A stretch of 64,000 nucleotides of DNA from Mustelus asterias (GCF_964213995.1 NW_027590182.1:1-64000), one strand, 5' to 3'; numbered from the stretch's first letter, positions 34,436 to 48,440 are shown. The notes: generated by a model not told the origin, from the letters alone. Program-made: numbers and translations.

Positions 34436-35557
34436 TTTCTAAATGGGTTCATTTCAAATGATTCGGATTGATTCTTGTTTTTCACGAAACATTGATTGAG
34501 CTGTTGAGGTCTTGTGGCATTTAAGATGGGAATCACTCAGTAAAGAGATTAAAAGGGAAGGTCTGTGATAGACAGCATAACAGGTTGGATTAACTGACAC
34601 AAGGAATGATGGACAAGGGCAACATTGGGTGGTTCCCATTATTTTTGCTGCTTTTATGGGTGAACTCCAGCTCTCCATTCCTTCGGCAATTTCACCGCTC
34701 AAACTGATACTTTCTCCATCCCGCTTTGTTAATCCCACAGTTACTTCTTTCTGAACGAAAACTGCTTGCAATCAATCGAAGTCAAATAGTTTTGTGCTTC
34801 ATTTAGGGAGAAGTTTTCTTATCATTTAGCCCGATATTTTTATCCAGAAATGAGTGAAACTTGTGCCAATGCAAACGGTTAAATCTGACACATTACCACC
34901 ATCTCCATCGTCAGCGCTTTTCATCCTATCTCTGTCCTTCACTATCTGTGCTGTTTTTGCCCTTTTGTCCATGTGACATTTCCAACTCGGAAGCAAAACT
35001 ACAAACCTCTCTCCACCGTTTCTGGCAGAGCTGCTTTGGACCAGGAAGTATTACGGTTTGCTTATCAAAAACATTAAATCTTAGTGCATCGAAGCCAGCC
35101 TGTAACCCCGAAAGTACCGAACACGAGCCACTAGACGAGCAGGATGTAATTTTCCTGATTCTCGCAGTCACGGATTACAGGAATGTGCATAGTGCCAATT
35201 ATACACAGTCACCCACTCCTTCCAGTCTGTTAAGATATGACATTGTTCATATTTTCACACGAGCTTCCAGTGTGACCAAAGCAGAGCTGTAACAAGCTGA
35301 TGTTGTTCAGAATTTTTACCACACTCAGGTTTATAACATTTCGATGCCAACATTCCTCGAACGTGGTGCGCTACAGTGAAATTTAATGCAGTTCAAGGTA
35401 GCTTACTCCTTTTTTTCAGGAGAAATCAGCAAGGGCAAAGTAAATATGAATTGCTGTGGGTTTTTGATGGGATTGTGCATTGGGGCTGATATTTCTCTCT
35501 GCTGTTCAAATTGGCACAGGTATTGAACGACCATTTTCAGCCTGCAGTCGTGTGTGG

Positions 35558-35617
35558 GGTTCCTTGGTGTAATGGTGAGCACTCCAGCAATTCGAGTTCA
35601 AAACTCGGAGAAGCCTT
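35558..35617 (+). pseudogene. tRNA-Gln pseudogene lacking the anticodon arm
   Basis: ggttccttggtgtaatggtgagcactccagcaattcgagttcaaaactcgg; positional paralog of 17677-17748. Confidence 0.7.
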
Positions 35618-35860
35618 GCTTTAATTTGCAAATGGAGATGGTTGATTTGCTGAATGACATTTTGTTTAAAGTTCTCACGAAGTACGAATCGAGAGGACAA
35701 TTTGTCAGCCAGTTCAACTGCTATTACAATGCACATTGCTGAGCCTCTGGTGCCAGGTGCCTGCAACATCAGTGTTTTTCATCGTTTCGCTGCTCTTTAA
35801 CTCCCCTGTTGAAAAAAAGAAGCAGTTGGTGTCACACTATAACAATTTGACTGGATTCTG

Positions 35861-36007
35861 NNNNNNNNNNNNNNNNNNNNNNNNNNNNNNNNNNNNNNNN
35901 NNNNNNNNNNNNNNNNNNNNNNNNNNNNNNNNNNNNNNNNNNNNNNNNNNNNNNNNNNNNNNNNNNNNNNNNNNNNNNNNNNNNNNNNNNNNNNNNNNNN
36001 NNNNNNN
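35861..36007. other. Assembly gap (N run)
   Basis: 147 Ns at the position where the paralog (~18670-18745) has a GT/GC microsatellite. Confidence 0.97.
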
Positions 36008-36379
36008 TCAGAATGCTGTTGATTCAATGGGTGACGGATCACACTCTGGCCTCTCGCCTCCTAACTTTTGTTTAAATTGAGACAGGTAACAGTGTGAATT
36101 ACACCTCTAGGTGGACACAAAGTCCACTGTAGCTTCCCCGACTCTCAGCGCTTTGTATTCTTGAGCAATCGTTTTCTGGGGCTGATGCAATGACGCCAAG
36201 AGAGTCATTCGCTGCAACAACTGCAACTTGCACATTGCTGAGTCTCTGGCGAAAGATCCCTGCATCAGCAATGTATGTTTCTTTTCATCTTTCGCTGCTT
36301 TTCAAATCATCTGTTGAAAGAAAGGAGCAGTTGGTGTCACACAACAACAACAATTCGACTGGAGATTGGCAATTACTGC

Positions 36380-36383
<4 letters not shown>

Positions 36384-36422
<39 letters not shown>

Positions 36423-36428
36423 CGTGTG
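36384..36428. repeat. (GT)n microsatellite
   Basis: GT run directly visible. Confidence 0.9.
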
Positions 36429-37152
36429 TTTTGGGAGAAAGACCTAGTGTCATAGGTCAGAGTGCTATCATTTCCATGGCGTAAAGCTTCGCAATTTGGA
36501 CTCTCGCCGTCCCACGTCTTGTTTAAATTGGGACAGATGAGTGAGTGAATGGCACACGTAGGTGGATCCCCGAAAAAATATATATTGAATTAGTAACATC
36601 TTTTGAAATGATTAATCCTCATTATGTTTCATTTCATGTCAAACAGTGTGACACATCCTTGTATCTTATTATTTAAAACCTCAGCCCTTTGACGATGTAA
36701 ACAGGTCAAGTTCAGTCAAAGAAAACGAATCCACATTGAACTAGAAAAAAAGACACTGAAGTTACTGCAAACCCCACCTCAAAACAGAAAATATTGGAAA
36801 CAGCAGGTCAAACAGCGTCTATGGTGAGGGAAATAGAATGAATGGTTCGGGTCGCTGACGTTTTATCCAAACTGGAAGAAGTTAGATGTTTAATGGTTTA
36901 CGAGCAAATACAGAGTGAGGGAAAATAGAGGGCGAGAACTCTATTTATGATCTTGTGATAGGATGTAAGGCTGGAGTGATTGAAGGACAATGAGGATGAT
37001 TATTGTTCCCACTGACATAATCTTCCAGATCTTGCTTTAAAGCTTGCGCAAAATGAAAAGAAATTTGCTCTCTGAGTTAAGGACTAAACTCTTCGACTGC
37101 CCGGGCAGCAGAGATAGCTTTAACTCAGGAAGCAGTGACGGTGAGATTAGTA

Positions 37153-37402
37153 GGGCGGCATGGTGGGACAGTGGTCTGCACTGCTGCCTCACAGGGACTG
37201 GGACCCGAGTTGGATTCCCAGTTTGGGTAACTATCTGCGTGGAGTTTGCACGTTCTTCCAGTGGCTGCGTGGGTTTTCTCCCACAGTCGGAAAGATGTGC
37301 TGGTGAGGTGCATTGAACCGAGTGGGCGCTGGAGTGTGGCGGGACGGTGAATTTCATAGTAAATTGCAGTGTTAATGTAAGCCTTACTTGTGACTAATAA
37401 AA
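37153..37402 (+). mobile_element. HE1-type V-SINE (short variant)
   Basis: Paralog of 20244-20455, ending taatgtaagccttacttgtgactaataaa. Confidence 0.8.
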
Positions 37403-37480
37403 CAAAGCGGGATGGAGAAAGACTCAGTTTGAACGGTGACACTGCCAAGACTTCACCAACGAAAGCAGCAAACACAGCAT

Positions 37481-37553
37481 AGCCCAGGGTGGGGCTCGAA
37501 CCCACGACCCTGAGCTTAAGAGTCTCATACTCCACCAACTGACCTCGAGGGAC
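37481..37553 (-). pseudogene. tRNA-Lys(CTT) pseudogene
   Basis: Reverse strand ...gagtatgagactcttaagctcagggtcgtgggttcgagccccaccctgggct; 5' end degenerate. Confidence 0.75.
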
Positions 37554-38060
37554 ACATATCAGAACTGGCACTTAATATTCTAAAATGCGTGGAGACAAAT
37601 ATGGCTTTGCCATCTGGTGTCTCAGCTTGTTCTGATTACAATGTTTACAATTAAGCAACCTACAGAATGCTTGAGGTTAGAATGCATTCCTCGCTATCAT
37701 CAATAATTTCAGTCACACCTTCCACTTCTTAGTTTCACCTCCTTCCAAAAATTGCAAACTTCTCTTACACCTTTCACCTTAACATTTTTGATGTAAATAC
37801 TCAAAACAGGTGGGGAAACAGCGTCTCAGTCTGTCCGAAGTCAAACTGCCGCCCAATTTTCAGACTTTTCAATCTAATTAAGTGAATGTCCGCAAGGATT
37901 GTCACCTTTTGAAAATGTCTGGATTCTCTGTGAGTGTGTCGTGCGCACAAAAGCATTGCAGTGTGTGCTCAGGTTCTCAAATCATATCCCATGTGAACCA
38001 ATGCCGCCATGACACGGGAATAAAACCAACAAAATCCACGACCTACCCATTACAAAACAA

Positions 38061-38136
38061 GGATTTGAACCCGGGACCTCCAGCAAGCTTGTGGATTTTA
38101 ACACCCAAAGTGAGAACATCCCTAGACCAACAAGCC
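38061..38136 (-). pseudogene. Intron-containing tRNA-Pro(TGG) pseudogene
   Basis: Reverse strand ggcttgttggtctaggga...ttctcactttggg[tgttaaaatccacaagct]tgctggaggtcccgggttcaaatcc. Confidence 0.7.
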
Positions 38137-39454
38137 ATCGTTAAAAAAGTGCATCAATTAAATATATATTCTATTGCCATCTAAAAGCGGATCAGACATG
38201 TGCACTGAAATGTGGCAATGTTGGAAAAACTCAGGAAGTCAGATAGCGTCTGTGCACAGGGAAACAAAGATAAACTTTCACCTCCATGACCTTTCATTAA
38301 CATTGGGAATGTTTAGAGATGTTGGAAGTTTAAAACAAATGAAATCCTGCAGGGAGGAAACATAACAACATCTGGTAGGGTGGAAGCCTGGACAAAATGA
38401 ATGAGGGAAACAGAGAATGACAGAATGATTACACCACAGAATTAGACGATTACAAAGTTATTTGCACGACTCACATGCGTTGTGGGTGAAGGGGAACCAG
38501 AGGACGTACTGTACATATATTTCAACAGAACCACAGTGATGAGGTTGGTGGGCTTGAAAATTGATCGTTACGCCAAGAAACATAGGAATTGGGAGCAGAT
38601 GCAGTAAAATGCAGCCCTTTGGTCCTGCTCCGCCATTCAATCAGATCATGGTTGACCTCTCTTTGATCTGAAATTTATCTCCCCACCGGTTCTCTATACC
38701 CCTTTGATGCGTTTTTCTACATCAGAAATATATCTATCCCTTCTTGAAATCATTCAATGATTCAGGCTCCACCGCGCTATGGGGCAGCGACTTCCATCAA
38801 TTCACCACCCTTTGCGAGAAGTTGTTCTTCCCCATTTCAGTTTTAAATCCACGGGCTTTCAAACTATACACGTGACCTCTTGTTCTTGATTGCCCCATAA
38901 GAAGAAGCTTTTGGTCTACCTTTTCTTTATCAATCCATTTAGAATTTTATATACCTCTATCAGATCCCCTCCTCATCCTTCTAAACTTTAGCATTTTGTG
39001 GGACCATTTCACCTCACTGTCAATTCCATGACCCAGAGAACTGAATCCGTGTTGTCATTGGCTGAAGGAGGCAATTATGTTCCATCCAAACAGGATATTT
39101 TGAAGGAGAAACGTGTCACAAGTGAAAAAAGATCTGAGAGGAAAATAATGAGCAAAGGGACATGTGTGAAGTCAGTTTGAAAAACACAGTTCACGGTTTC
39201 CATGGTAGTCCAGTGGCTCATGTTCAACACTCTCCTTGTGATGTCTGGTTTCAATTCCCGCTTTGAAAAAGAAGACTATTTGCTCTCAGTAAACCATTAA
39301 TAATGATCTGATTTACTCTCTGATCGAAAGCAGATCTACTAGAATCAGCCGAGTGAGGTTTGCAAGTTTATATCAGAGCTGGAAGTTTCACATGTGCAAC
39401 AGTTCAAGAACAAACACAGAAAGAGGAGGAAAGTGATAGGCTGCAAAAAATTTA

Positions 39455-39825
39455 GGAAGGGCATAGATAGGGTGAACAGTGGGAAGCATTTTTCCCAGGT
39501 CGGAGGTGACGAACACAAGGGGTCACGGGTTCAAGGTGAGGGGGGCAAGGTTCAACACAGATGTCAGGGGGACGTATTTTACACAGATGGTGATGGGGGC
39601 ATGGAATGCACTGCCAAGCAAGGTGATTGAGGCGGACACGCTGGGATCGTTTAAAACTTATCTAGATAGCCACATGAACAGGCTGGGAATAGAGGGATAC
39701 AAACAAATGGTCTCGTTGAGCACATGAGTGGCGCAGGCTTGGAGGGCCGAAGGGCCTGTTCCTGTGCTGGAGGCTTGGAGGGCCGAAGGGCCTGTTCCTG
39801 TGCTGTATTGTTCTTTGTTCTTTGT
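39455..39825 (+). mobile_element. CR1 LINE short 3' fragment
   Basis: Same subfamily as 29840-31035 (TRGHGFKVRGARFNTDVRG..., TTCTTTG tail); absent from copy A at ~22450. Confidence 0.85.
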
Positions 39826-40584
39826 ACCAACGATTGAGATGTTGTTGCAAGGTAAAATCTGTCTGGTCGTGAGCCAGATTTTACAGTTTATATTGACACT
39901 GAATTATGAAACTTTTTCCTCACTCTGCATTGAAAAGCTTTTGGAAATATTTCTGTCCGGTTTCGAACCGTCGGAAGCGAAAGTGATAATTGCACTGGAG
40001 TGTTTGTTATATGTTGTCATTGGCTGAACACATCACTGGCGTTGAAAGAGAGGGCGCCATTTTGCAGGAGAAAGCTGTTTGTGGCGAAAGTGGCATGAAA
40101 ATTAAAGTAACAAAAGCAGCGTGGATAAATTAAATTCTACAACACGCTGTAAGCTGCTGGCCTGGTGATTAGAGTTTGACTCCTTCGCTGCTGTTTCGGT
40201 TACTGGTCTGGAATTGAAGATATATTGCTCTCATCCAAACTGTGAAAACTGTGTGTAATTTCCTGGATGAAGATATAAAACATAATCTCGCCTCGTGCCC
40301 TGAAGTGCAGACTCTGTGCAAATTCAACAGGAGGTTCTCTTGTCATTTCTGGCAGGAAATTAGGAAGAGACGAGCTTAAGGACAGTTTAAATGATGCCGG
40401 CCCTTCACTGCAGCTCATTGTGTTTCTGACGTGAGATGATTTCTGTTTGTCACGCAGTTCAGGCTTACCTGAATCAGAGAAGCAATCGGCTCATGCCTCC
40501 TGATGGCCGTTCCCACCTCCATTGCTTTTAATGAATTTCAGTAACATTATCATTAAATAACATGATTGCGATGCACTGTAACAT

Positions 40585-40666
40585 GGTAGCGTGGCCGAGC
40601 GGTCTAAAGCGCTGGATTTAGGCTCCAGTCTCTATGGGGGCGTGGGTTCGAATCCCACCGCTGCCA
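40585..40666 (+). tRNA. trnL-UAG: tRNA-Leu(TAG)
   Basis: GGTAGCGTGGCCGAGCGGTCTAAAGCGCTGGATTTAGGCTCCAGTCTCTATGGGGGCGTGGGTTCGAATCCCACCGCTGCCA; intact acceptor, anticodon and T stems. Confidence 0.85.
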
Positions 40667-40871
40667 AAATGGGTTTGAGTTTTGGTCCTTGCAGCTGCAG
40701 TCCAACAGCTCAGATTCAATCCCATGAGTGTTTGTGGTGTCGTTTTCGTTATGAACAACGAGCAGAGACATTACCAACTTTAAAAAGTTGCTGGGGTAAA
40801 GCAGCGTGTGTGCAAGTGGCTCCTTTCGAGAGTACACACAGGCTGAATTTCTGACTGCCGAGTTCAACAAC

Positions 40872-40900
40872 CTGATGAAGGAGCAGCGCTCCGAAAGCTC
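40872..40900 (+). ncRNA. Minimal hammerhead ribozyme core in a Penelope pLTR fragment
   Basis: CTGATGA-A-GGAGC(agc)GCTCC-GAAA-GCTC contains the catalytic boxes and stem II. Confidence 0.6.
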
Positions 40901-42231
40901 GTAATTCCAAATAAGCCTGTTTGACTTCAGCTGGTGTTGTGAGAATTCTTTCTGTACCCACCCAGTCCAAAGACGGCATCTCCATATCATGATGTAAACA
41001 ACATGATTACAAACAGTGAGACTTTATTCCCGGCCCAGGAATTCAGGTGATGGATTTGAATTTTCTAACTGAAGTTCAAATCCTGTCATGTATGCTTCCC
41101 ATCATTCTGACCAGATATTTACAGAATTAACCTGGCTCCTGTGATAACCACCGCACTATAGAAACACGGAGATGGCCTCAGGTCAAGCAGATCCGGTTTA
41201 CTGGAGAACAACAAGACTGGCTCCAGAAGCTCATCTTTTGACCACAGCAATTGATATTACATTGCCTCTGCGTGTTCCTCCTGTCAAAATGAATAATGAT
41301 ACTTCCTACTGTATTAAAGTTTCGTAATAACATGTTCGAGAAAAAGTATTCATGACGTTTAAAGCAAATCAACTGAACACCTGAAATTTGTGGCATTTGA
41401 CCACTTTCCCCCACAAATGCTATTGCCTCGAATTCAATGCCTCAGAACATTCACCAACGCTTTTAGCGGAAGTGATGGCTGTCAGATCTGGTGCTGCAGG
41501 GACTGGAATTAATGGAGTGGGATAGGCTCACATGTCCCATGGAATCTCTTCCACAATTTAAGGAGATTATGACGAATCCCAGGACTCAACACCAATTTCC
41601 AACCCTATCATGATGGCCCTTCATTCCCTTAGGTTCCAAAATTATCTCCATCTGAAACTTCAATATCCTCATTAACTGAGGATCCACAGACCTCTGGCGA
41701 AGCGTCATCCAGACTCGAAACTTTGGCTCTTTTCTCTCTCCGTAGATGCTGCCAGACCTACTGAGATGTTCCAGCATTTTCTGTTTTTGTTTCAGTTTCC
41801 AGCATCCTCAGTATTTTGCTTTTCCTGCCCCGATTTACATTCCGTTTGTTTTTTTCTATCACAACTTTGTCAACTCTTACCCACTGCTCAAACCTTCACC
41901 ACCACCGCCCCCGCCTCCCCGCCCCCACCCCCGCATCTCCCATACTTAAAGTATAAATGTCGTCCTCTTTTCCTGTCTTCAGCTTTGATGACTGACCATG
42001 CAGATTTGAAATGTTGGCTCTATTCTCTCTCCAGAGATGCCGTCATGCCTGTTGAGATTTTCCAGCATTTTAAGTTTTTCTTTTAAGTTCCAGCATCTGC
42101 AGTAATTTGCTGTTGGCTGAAGGAATCATTCGTGTTCCATCAAAACATGAGGGTTTTTTTCCCCAAACCTTTCTCGAGTATTTAAAACACGCTGCAATGT
42201 ATCGGTCAGATTAAACCGCTTGCTCGCATCT

Positions 42232-42303
42232 TCCCTGGTGGTCCAGTGGTGAGGATTTGGCGCTTTCACCGCCGCGGCCCGGGTTCGATTCCCGGTCAGG
42301 GAA
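42232..42303 (+). tRNA. trnE-UUC: tRNA-Glu(TTC)
   Basis: Full cloverleaf; paralog of 23904-23975. Confidence 0.85.
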
Positions 42304-44519
42304 TGTAGAGTTTAAAGCTGCCGACCAGCACATGATTTAGGAGGGGCTGAAATTACTTCCTGATCGAAAACAGGAGTGATCATTGTGCCATTTTGAGCTC
42401 CCTGGAGAAACAAAATAAACCCACTTGCACAATCCCGTCAATTGTCCCCGGCAATTTATGTTCACGTTCCCCTTGCTGGTTCCTCCTGTCAAAATGAATA
42501 ATAATGCATTCTACCCCACTGAAGCTCACCACATTCACAGATCATTCGTAACCTCTGCGTCTTCTGTAGCTTCTTGTGGTAAATCTGCTGAACAACATCA
42601 GAGATTTGTATCTCATTGGTCATCATTACTGTCTCCATTGCTTCATTCAAGGTCACTGTCGCTACAGACATCGTCACGCAGTCATTCTACCTTCTGCAGC
42701 AAATGATATACTCTTCCTCTGCTTTCAGATACTTTCACCTCCAGAAACTGATTACATGCTAAGTAAAATGTTCTGTTTAGTTGACAGTTTATCATCAATC
42801 CCGGGCCTTGGCGGTGAAAGGACTGACTCTGAACGACTTGACCACCCGGCCTCCGCCATCACCAGCTAAATGTTGCCTTATCCATCACTCCTTGTTTCAT
42901 TGAATTATCCTGCCTTGCTTTATATCACAGAACATCCGTTTTGTTCTTTTCACAGGTTGATTCATGGCGTTACCATCAGAAAATGTTGGAAATACTCGGC
43001 AGGTCAGTTAATGTTTCGTGGCAAATGCGTCATTGTTTCTGAAACCTGAATTACTCTGAAATTGAAAACATTTGGAAATGTTTCTGCAAAGGTGAAATAC
43101 TGCTCATGCTGGAACCTGAAACACAAAAAAAAAATACTTGAAAATCTCAGCAGGTCTGGCAGCATCTATGAAGAGAGAACAGAGCCAGTGTGTCGAATCA
43201 GGAAATCTGATGAAGGGTCATCCAGATTTGAAACCTTTGTTTCCTCACAGAGGCTGTCAATCCTGCTGCGAATTTCCACCATTTTCTATTCCTCTCTAAT
43301 AAGTTTCTGCTCAGGATTGAACCAGGAAACTTACATGTGTACGGCGACCGTGATAAGTACAACACGACAGAAATGCTGCGATGCAATGATGTAAGGAAAC
43401 TGGCTCCACAAAGACGTCAATTACCTACAGCAATTTATATTTGCATTCTGTCTGCTGGTACCTCCTGTTAAAATGTTTAACGATGCAATCTACTGCGTAG
43501 AATTCGTGTGATAACATGCACGACCTACCTTGCATTAAATTGATCTTTCTCTACACCCAAACTATGACTGTAACAGTACATTCTGCACTCTCTCGTTTCC
43601 TTCTCGATGAATGATATGCTTTGGCTGTGTAGCGCGCAAGAAAAATACTTTCCACTGTATGCTAATGCATGTGACAATAATAAATCAAATCAAAGTTACT
43701 CCAGGAAGTTAATTAATTGAACATTTAGCAGTGATGGGCTTCGATCACGCACCTTAACTAATGCTGCTACCCTGAATTCAGGTCCTGAGACTTCAATGCT
43801 GTCAGCAGAATCCATTGGTACCGGATCTGATATTGACAGTGAACAGAATCAATGAAAGAAAACTGGATTACATGTCCCATTGAGCCTCCTCCACGACAGA
43901 AACAAGGCAGATCCGCAACCTCAACCCCAATTTTCCAGCTTATCCCAATAGGTTTTCCTTCCCTTAGATTCCAAAATCACTCCAACTCAACCTTCAATAT
44001 CCTCATCGACTGAGGATCCACGCACCTCTGGGCAGCTGCACAATTCTAAAGATACACAAGCCTTTGGGAGAAGAAATGTCTCCTTACCTCAGTCATAAAT
44101 GGCTGACACATGATCCAGAGAATGTAGGTCCAGAGTGCCTGACCGAGACATATGTCGCCATTCTAACCCACTTACCCTCACACATTTACCATGGCTCATC
44201 CATCTGACCGACATCAACTGCACCGTGAGTGAGACAGTGAAAGCCGAAATATGACTGTGGCGATTTTACTGAGCGCATTTTCTTTCCAATAATTGTTAAA
44301 AAAACAAATTAATATTTTCTGGATCCATTTTCAGTTCATATTCAACAACGAAATACAATCTGGGAACTTTCAAGCAGTAAATTTCGATCATGTTCGACCC
44401 TGTTTCGAATCGGAGAGCCTATCCTATCTGATAAGCCTCACATTATAGAAACTCTGCTCATGGCCAATGTGACCGGCGGAGGATATCAAACCGTGCAGTC
44501 TGATTGCAAAATAGAACCT

Positions 44520-45790
44520 TGCGTGGGTCCTTAATTATGCTGGCTGCTTTGCCGAGGCAGCGGGAAGTGTAGACAGAGCCAATGGATGGGAGGCAAATTT
44601 GCGTGATGAACTGAGCTACGTACACGACACTTTGTAGTTCCTTGCGGTCCCGGGCAGAGCAGGAGCCATACCAAGATGTGATACAACCAGAAAGAATGCT
44701 TTCTATGGTGCATCTGCAAACGTAAGTGAGAGTCCGAGCTGAGATGTCAAATTTCCTTAGTCTTCTGAGAAAGTAAAGGCGTTGTTTGGCTTTCTTAACT
44801 ATAGTGTCAGCATGGGGCGACCAGGACAGGTTGTTGGTGATCTGGAGACCTAAAAACATGAAGCTCTCCACCCTTTCTACTTCGTCTCCGTTGATGTAGA
44901 CAGGGTCAATTTCTCCTCTGCGCTTCCTGAGGTCGATGACAACCTCATTCGTTTTGTTGACATTGAGGGAGAGATTATTGTCGCCGCGCCAATTTCACCA
45001 GATTCTCTATCTCATTCTTGTACTCTGTCTCATCATTGTTTGAGATCAGACTCACTACGGTGGTGTCTTCAGCAAACTTGAAAATCGAATAGGAGGGGAA
45101 CTTGGCCACACAGTCATGAGTATATCAGGAGTGTAGTAGGGGGTGAGAACACAGCCTTGTGGGGCACCGGTGTTGAGGATGATTGCGGAGGAGGTGCTGT
45201 TGCCTATCCTTACTGATTGTGTGCTGTGGGTTAGGAAGTTCAGGATCCAGTCGCAGAGGGAGGAGCCGAGGTCCAGGCCATGGAGTTTGGAGATGAGTTT
45301 CGTCGGAATAAGGCTGAGCAGTAGTCAATAAATAGGAGTCTGACATAGGCGTCTTTGTTATCTCGGTGTGCCAGGGTTGAGTGCAGGGCCAGGGAAATTG
45401 TGTCTGCTGTGGACCTGTTGCGGCGGTAGACGAACTGTAGTGGATCCAGGCAGTCCTGGAGGCGGGAATTGCTTCGTGCTATGACTAGCCTTTCGAAGCA
45501 CTTCATAATGATGGAAGTCAGAGCCACCAGACGGTATTCATTAAGGCACGCTGCTTGGATTTTCTTTGGTACTGGGATGATGGTTGTCTTCTTGAAGCAG
45601 AAGTAAAGAGTGGTTGAAGATGTCTGCGAATACCCCCGCCAGCTGATCCACGCAGGATCTGAGTTCACATCTGGGTACCCCATCCGGGCCAGTCGCTTTC
45701 CGTGGGTTGAACTTCGAGAAAGCTGCTCCGACATCTGCAATGATGACCTCAGATACAGTTTCATCCAAGGCTCCCAGGTTGGAGGGAACG
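44520..45790 (-). mobile_element. Rex1/Babar-clade LINE fragment
   Basis: Paralog of 25740-27000 with the same RT motifs (ORFs 44458-45764). Confidence 0.85.
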
Positions 45791-46763
45791 CATCGTTTCT
45801 GTCATGTATTGATTACCACATTCACCTAATCAAAGATTCCCTGTTGGAAAGCGGGCGGAAGTATACTTTTAACCTCAGAGTGAGGAAACGTGCAATAATT
45901 CACGTTTATTGCTGAATATTAACTGAATATTGTACCTTATACTGTGTTACACTTCCCCTTCCCCTTCACAGTTCTGTATTCAAACCCGACAGAACATTTT
46001 TCACAGACTCTCCTTTCCAACTCTGAATGTTCAGAAAGCTTCCCTCAAACCTGCACAGTCCGGCTGATTGCTGTTGATTTGTTTGTGATTATTAACGGCT
46101 CCTGCAGCACCACTTCCGTGAATAACAGTCACGCGTAGCCACGTTTCAGATGGGGAAACAAACCCAACAATGATTCTTTCTTTTCCGGCTTCACATTGAG
46201 TGAGACAGGGACAAGCAGCAGGATTTTAACCCGCACTCTCCAATCACCCGCTGACAGCAGAAAGGCGCGACTGCAGATGCACCTGTACGTTGTTTTGAAC
46301 TCAGAGTGAGAATTTATTGTTGAAAATTAACTCAACAGAGTATTTTACACTGCATGTTACATTTCCCCATCCATCTGTGCACATACAAACGCAATATTTT
46401 TCACTGACTCCCGTTTCCAACTCTGACGGTTCAGAAAGCTTCTCCCAAACCTGCACATTCCCGATCTTCCTTTCGTTCGTTGAACAGAAGCACCGCTGAT
46501 CAACATTTATTGCCCATCCCAGTTGAGGGGCAACCACTTTGTTGTGGCTGTGGAGTCATGTGTTGGCCAGACCATCTAACAACAGCAGATTTCCTTCCCC
46601 AACAGACATTAGTGAATCATGATTTTTAGCAACAACGGATGTTGTTTCAGGGTAATCAGTTATTCCAACCTGATTTATTGTATTCAAACTCCACCAGCTG
46701 TCCTGGCCGTCCCCAGAATATCAGCTGGTCGAGGGATCACACCACTGGACGATGGTCTCACCT

Positions 46764-48430
46764 AGAACATAGAACATAGAACATTACAGCGCAGTACAGG
46801 CCCTTCGGCCCTCGATGTTGCGCCGACCAGTGGTATACCAATCTAATGCCCCTCTAATCTACACTATTCCAATATCATCCATATGTTTATCCAATAACCA
46901 TTTGAATGTTCTTAATGTTGACGAGTCCACTACTGCTGCAGGCAGGGCATTCCACGCCCTTACTCCTCTCTGAGTAAATAACCTACCTCTAACATCTGTC
47001 CTATATCTCTCGCCCCTCAATTTAAAGCTATGTCCCCTCGTGCTCGCCAACACCATCCGAGGAAAAAGGCTCTCACTATCCACCCTATCTAATCTTCTGA
47101 TCATCTTGTATGCCTCTATTAAGTCACCTCTTAACCTTTTTCTCTCTCACGAAAACAACCTCAAGCCTTTCAGCCTTTCCTCATACGAGTTTCCCACCAT
47201 ACCAGGCAACATCCTGGTAAATCTCCTCTGCACCCTTTCCAACACTTCCACATCTTTACTATAATACGGCGACCCGAACTGTACGCAATAATCCAAATGC
47301 GGCCGCACCAGAATTCTGTACAGTTGCAGCATGACCTCCTGGCTCCGAAACTCAGTCCCTCTACCAATAAAAGCTAACACACCGTACGCCTTCTTAACAA
47401 TCCTATCAACCTGGGTGCCAACTTTCAGGGATCTATGCACATGGACACCCAGATCCCTCTGTTCATCCACACTACCAAGTATCTTACCATTAGCCCAGTA
47501 CTCTGTATTCCTGTTACTCCTTCCAAAATGAATCACCTCACACTTTTCGCATTAAACTCCATTTGCCACCTCTCAGCCCAGCTCTGCAGCTTATCTATGT
47601 CCCTCTGTAACCTGCCACTTCCCTCCGCACTGTCTACAACTCCACCGACTTTAGTGTCATCCGCAAATTTACTAATCCATCCTTCCACGCCCTTATCTAG
47701 GTCATTAATAAAAATGACAAACAGCAGTGGCCCCAAAACAGATCCTTGCGGTACACCACTAGTAACTGAACTCCAGGATGAATATTTCCCATCAACCACC
47801 ACCCTTTGTTTTCTTACAGCTAGCCAATTCCTGATCCAAACCACTAAATCACCCACAATCCCATGTGTCCGTATTTTTTGCAAAAGCTTACCATGGGGAA
47901 CCTTATCAAACGCTTTGCTGAAATCCATATACACCACATCAACCGCTTTACCCTCATCCATCTCTTTGGTCACCTTCTCATATAACTCAATGAGGTTTGT
48001 GAGGCACGACCTACTCTTCACAAAACCGTGCTGACTATCCCTAATCAAATTATTCCTTTCTAGGTGATTATAAATCCTGTTTCTTATAATCCTTTCCAAT
48101 ACTTTGCCCACAACAGAAGTAAAGCTCGCTGGTCTATAATTACCAGGGTTGTCCCTACTCCCCTTCTTGAACAAGGGGACAACATTTGCTATCCTCCAGT
48201 CTTCTGGCACTGTTCCTGTAGACAATTACGACACGAAGGTCAAAGCCAAAGGCTCTGCAATCTCCTCTCTAGCCTCCCAGGGAATCCGAGGATGAATCCC
48301 ATCCGGCCCAGGGGACTTATCTATTCTTACCCTTTCCAGAATTGCTAACACCTCCTCTTTATGAACATCAATCCCATCCAGTCCAACAGCCTGCATCGCA
48401 GTACTCCCCTCAACAACACTGTCCTAAAAC
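46764..48430 (-). mobile_element. CR1 LINE, 5'-truncated
   Basis: ORFs 46859-48225 carry RT motifs; (TTCTATG)n tail at 46764-46784; absent from copy A at 27943. Confidence 0.93.
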
Positions 48431-48440
48431 CTAAAACACC

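Noticed and set aside
37608-37620. CTCF-like motif near tRNA-Lys pseudogene (ACACCAGATGGCA on the minus strand)
   Set aside because: Imperfect core and not conserved in the paralog at ~52718.
39733-39805. 35-bp tandem duplication in a CR1 tail
   Set aside because: Simple slippage duplication within a retroelement 3' UTR.
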